A stretch of DNA of 64,000 nt from the human T2T-CHM13v2.0 reference genome, Homo sapiens, in assembly GCF_009914755.1 (NCBI RefSeq), contig NC_060931.1; one strand, written 5' to 3'. Position numbers and translations under genes: made by a program. The notes under the pieces were generated by a model. The model was not told the origin of the DNA and did no database searches. It was given only the letters and a program-made list of their open reading frames with translations. Below, in pieces: positions 63,063 through 64,000 of this stretch (positions are counted from its first letter, which is position 1; the number at the start of each line of letters is the position of its first letter).

Positions 63063-63620
63063 TCAGTGGTTGTCAAACTTTTGCCTGTGGCAGAATCACC
63101 TGGAATCCTCTGATTCACATTTTGATTTTCTTTTTTTGTTTTTCTTTTATTGAGACAAGGTCTGGCTATGTTGCCTAGGTTAGAGTACAGTGGCTATTCA
63201 CAAGTGCAACCATAGTGCGCTGCAGCCTCAAACTTCCGGCCTCAAGCTATCCTCCTGCCTCAGCCTCCCAAGTAGCTGGGACTGCACTGTATACACCGCA
63301 GCATCCAGCTCCATCCCAAGTTTCTGATTCAGGTCTCTAAAGGGGCCTGAGAACTTGCAGTTCTATCAAGTTTCCAGGGGATGATGATGACATTGGTCTA
63401 GGAGCCACACTTTGAGAACCACTAGCCTTGAGGTTAAGAGGACAAACTTCCAGATCAGACTCCATGGGCTGGACTCCCAATTCACTATTCGTTTGCTTCA
63501 TGACCATGGGCAAGTTACTCAATATCCTCATGCCTCAGTTTCTTTAAATGTAAAATGAGGACAAAAATGGCACCTACTTTTGGGGGTTGTAGTGAGACTT
63601 AAATAAATTAATCCACATAA
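63063..63620. mobile_element. MER5A interrupted by an Alu monomer (FAM/FLAM-like, -, ~63130-63310), then MIR (~63425-63620)
   Basis: CAGTGGTTGTCAAACTTT..CACACTTTGAGAACCACT termini; MIR core GGGCAAGTTACTCAA..GCCTCAGTTTC..TGTAAAATG. Confidence 0.8.
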
Positions 63621-64000
63621 AGTGTGTATCCATAAAGCACTATATTCATGTTTTATCCATAAAATACTCTATCCACATTAAGTATGGATACAACATACAG
63701 TAAACACTCAACAAATGTTTGCTATTGTTTTAATTCAGCATATGTTTTGTGAGTAAGTGACTATGTAGCAAGTGCATATCGAGTTCTAGATTTACAGATC
63801 TTTCACACTCATAAAGGCTGAGTCTAGAATACACAAGTCTTTGATTTAATTTCTCAGTAACTGACATTTTCTTGTCTCTTCATACCTGTCCCCCTCATAT
63901 GTCTCCAATGATTATCATTGAGCTAGGAAGCACAAGCAAATGCATTAGGAAAAAAGTATTATGATAGAAATACAGCAAGTGTCAGCTCTTTTACAAAATA

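Overview
Primate (almost certainly human or great-ape) genomic DNA with no intact conventional protein-coding gene. Bases ~3.6-38.3 kb carry ten + strand exon remnants of an unprocessed ANKRD26/POTE/CCDC144-family pseudogene, with stops, frameshifts and dead splice sites. Two young L1-mediated processed pseudogenes with clear target-site duplications sit in or just upstream of these exons. One is an SSBP3 retrocopy (+, 767-2512) with a CpG-island-like leader and an open LUFS-domain frame. The other is an RWDD4 retrocopy (-, ~20234-22812) whose only frameshift looks like a captured 4-nt alternative splice acceptor and leaves an intact 125-aa ORF. The rest is interspersed repeat: more than 35 Alus, mostly antisense L1 fragments, L2/MIR, a full-length THE1/MST MaLR, MER4/LTR8/LTR22 (HML-5, tRNA-Met PBS) ERV pieces, DNA transposons including a MADE1 hairpin, and a 7SL pseudogene. 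An apparent rearrangement junction near 47.9 kb separates the two compartments. Family names and parent-protein comparisons are from memory, not database searches, and repeat boundaries are approximate. I did not find a new multi-gene system; the best leads are the two possibly expressed retrocopies and the POTE-like ancestry of the host pseudogene.
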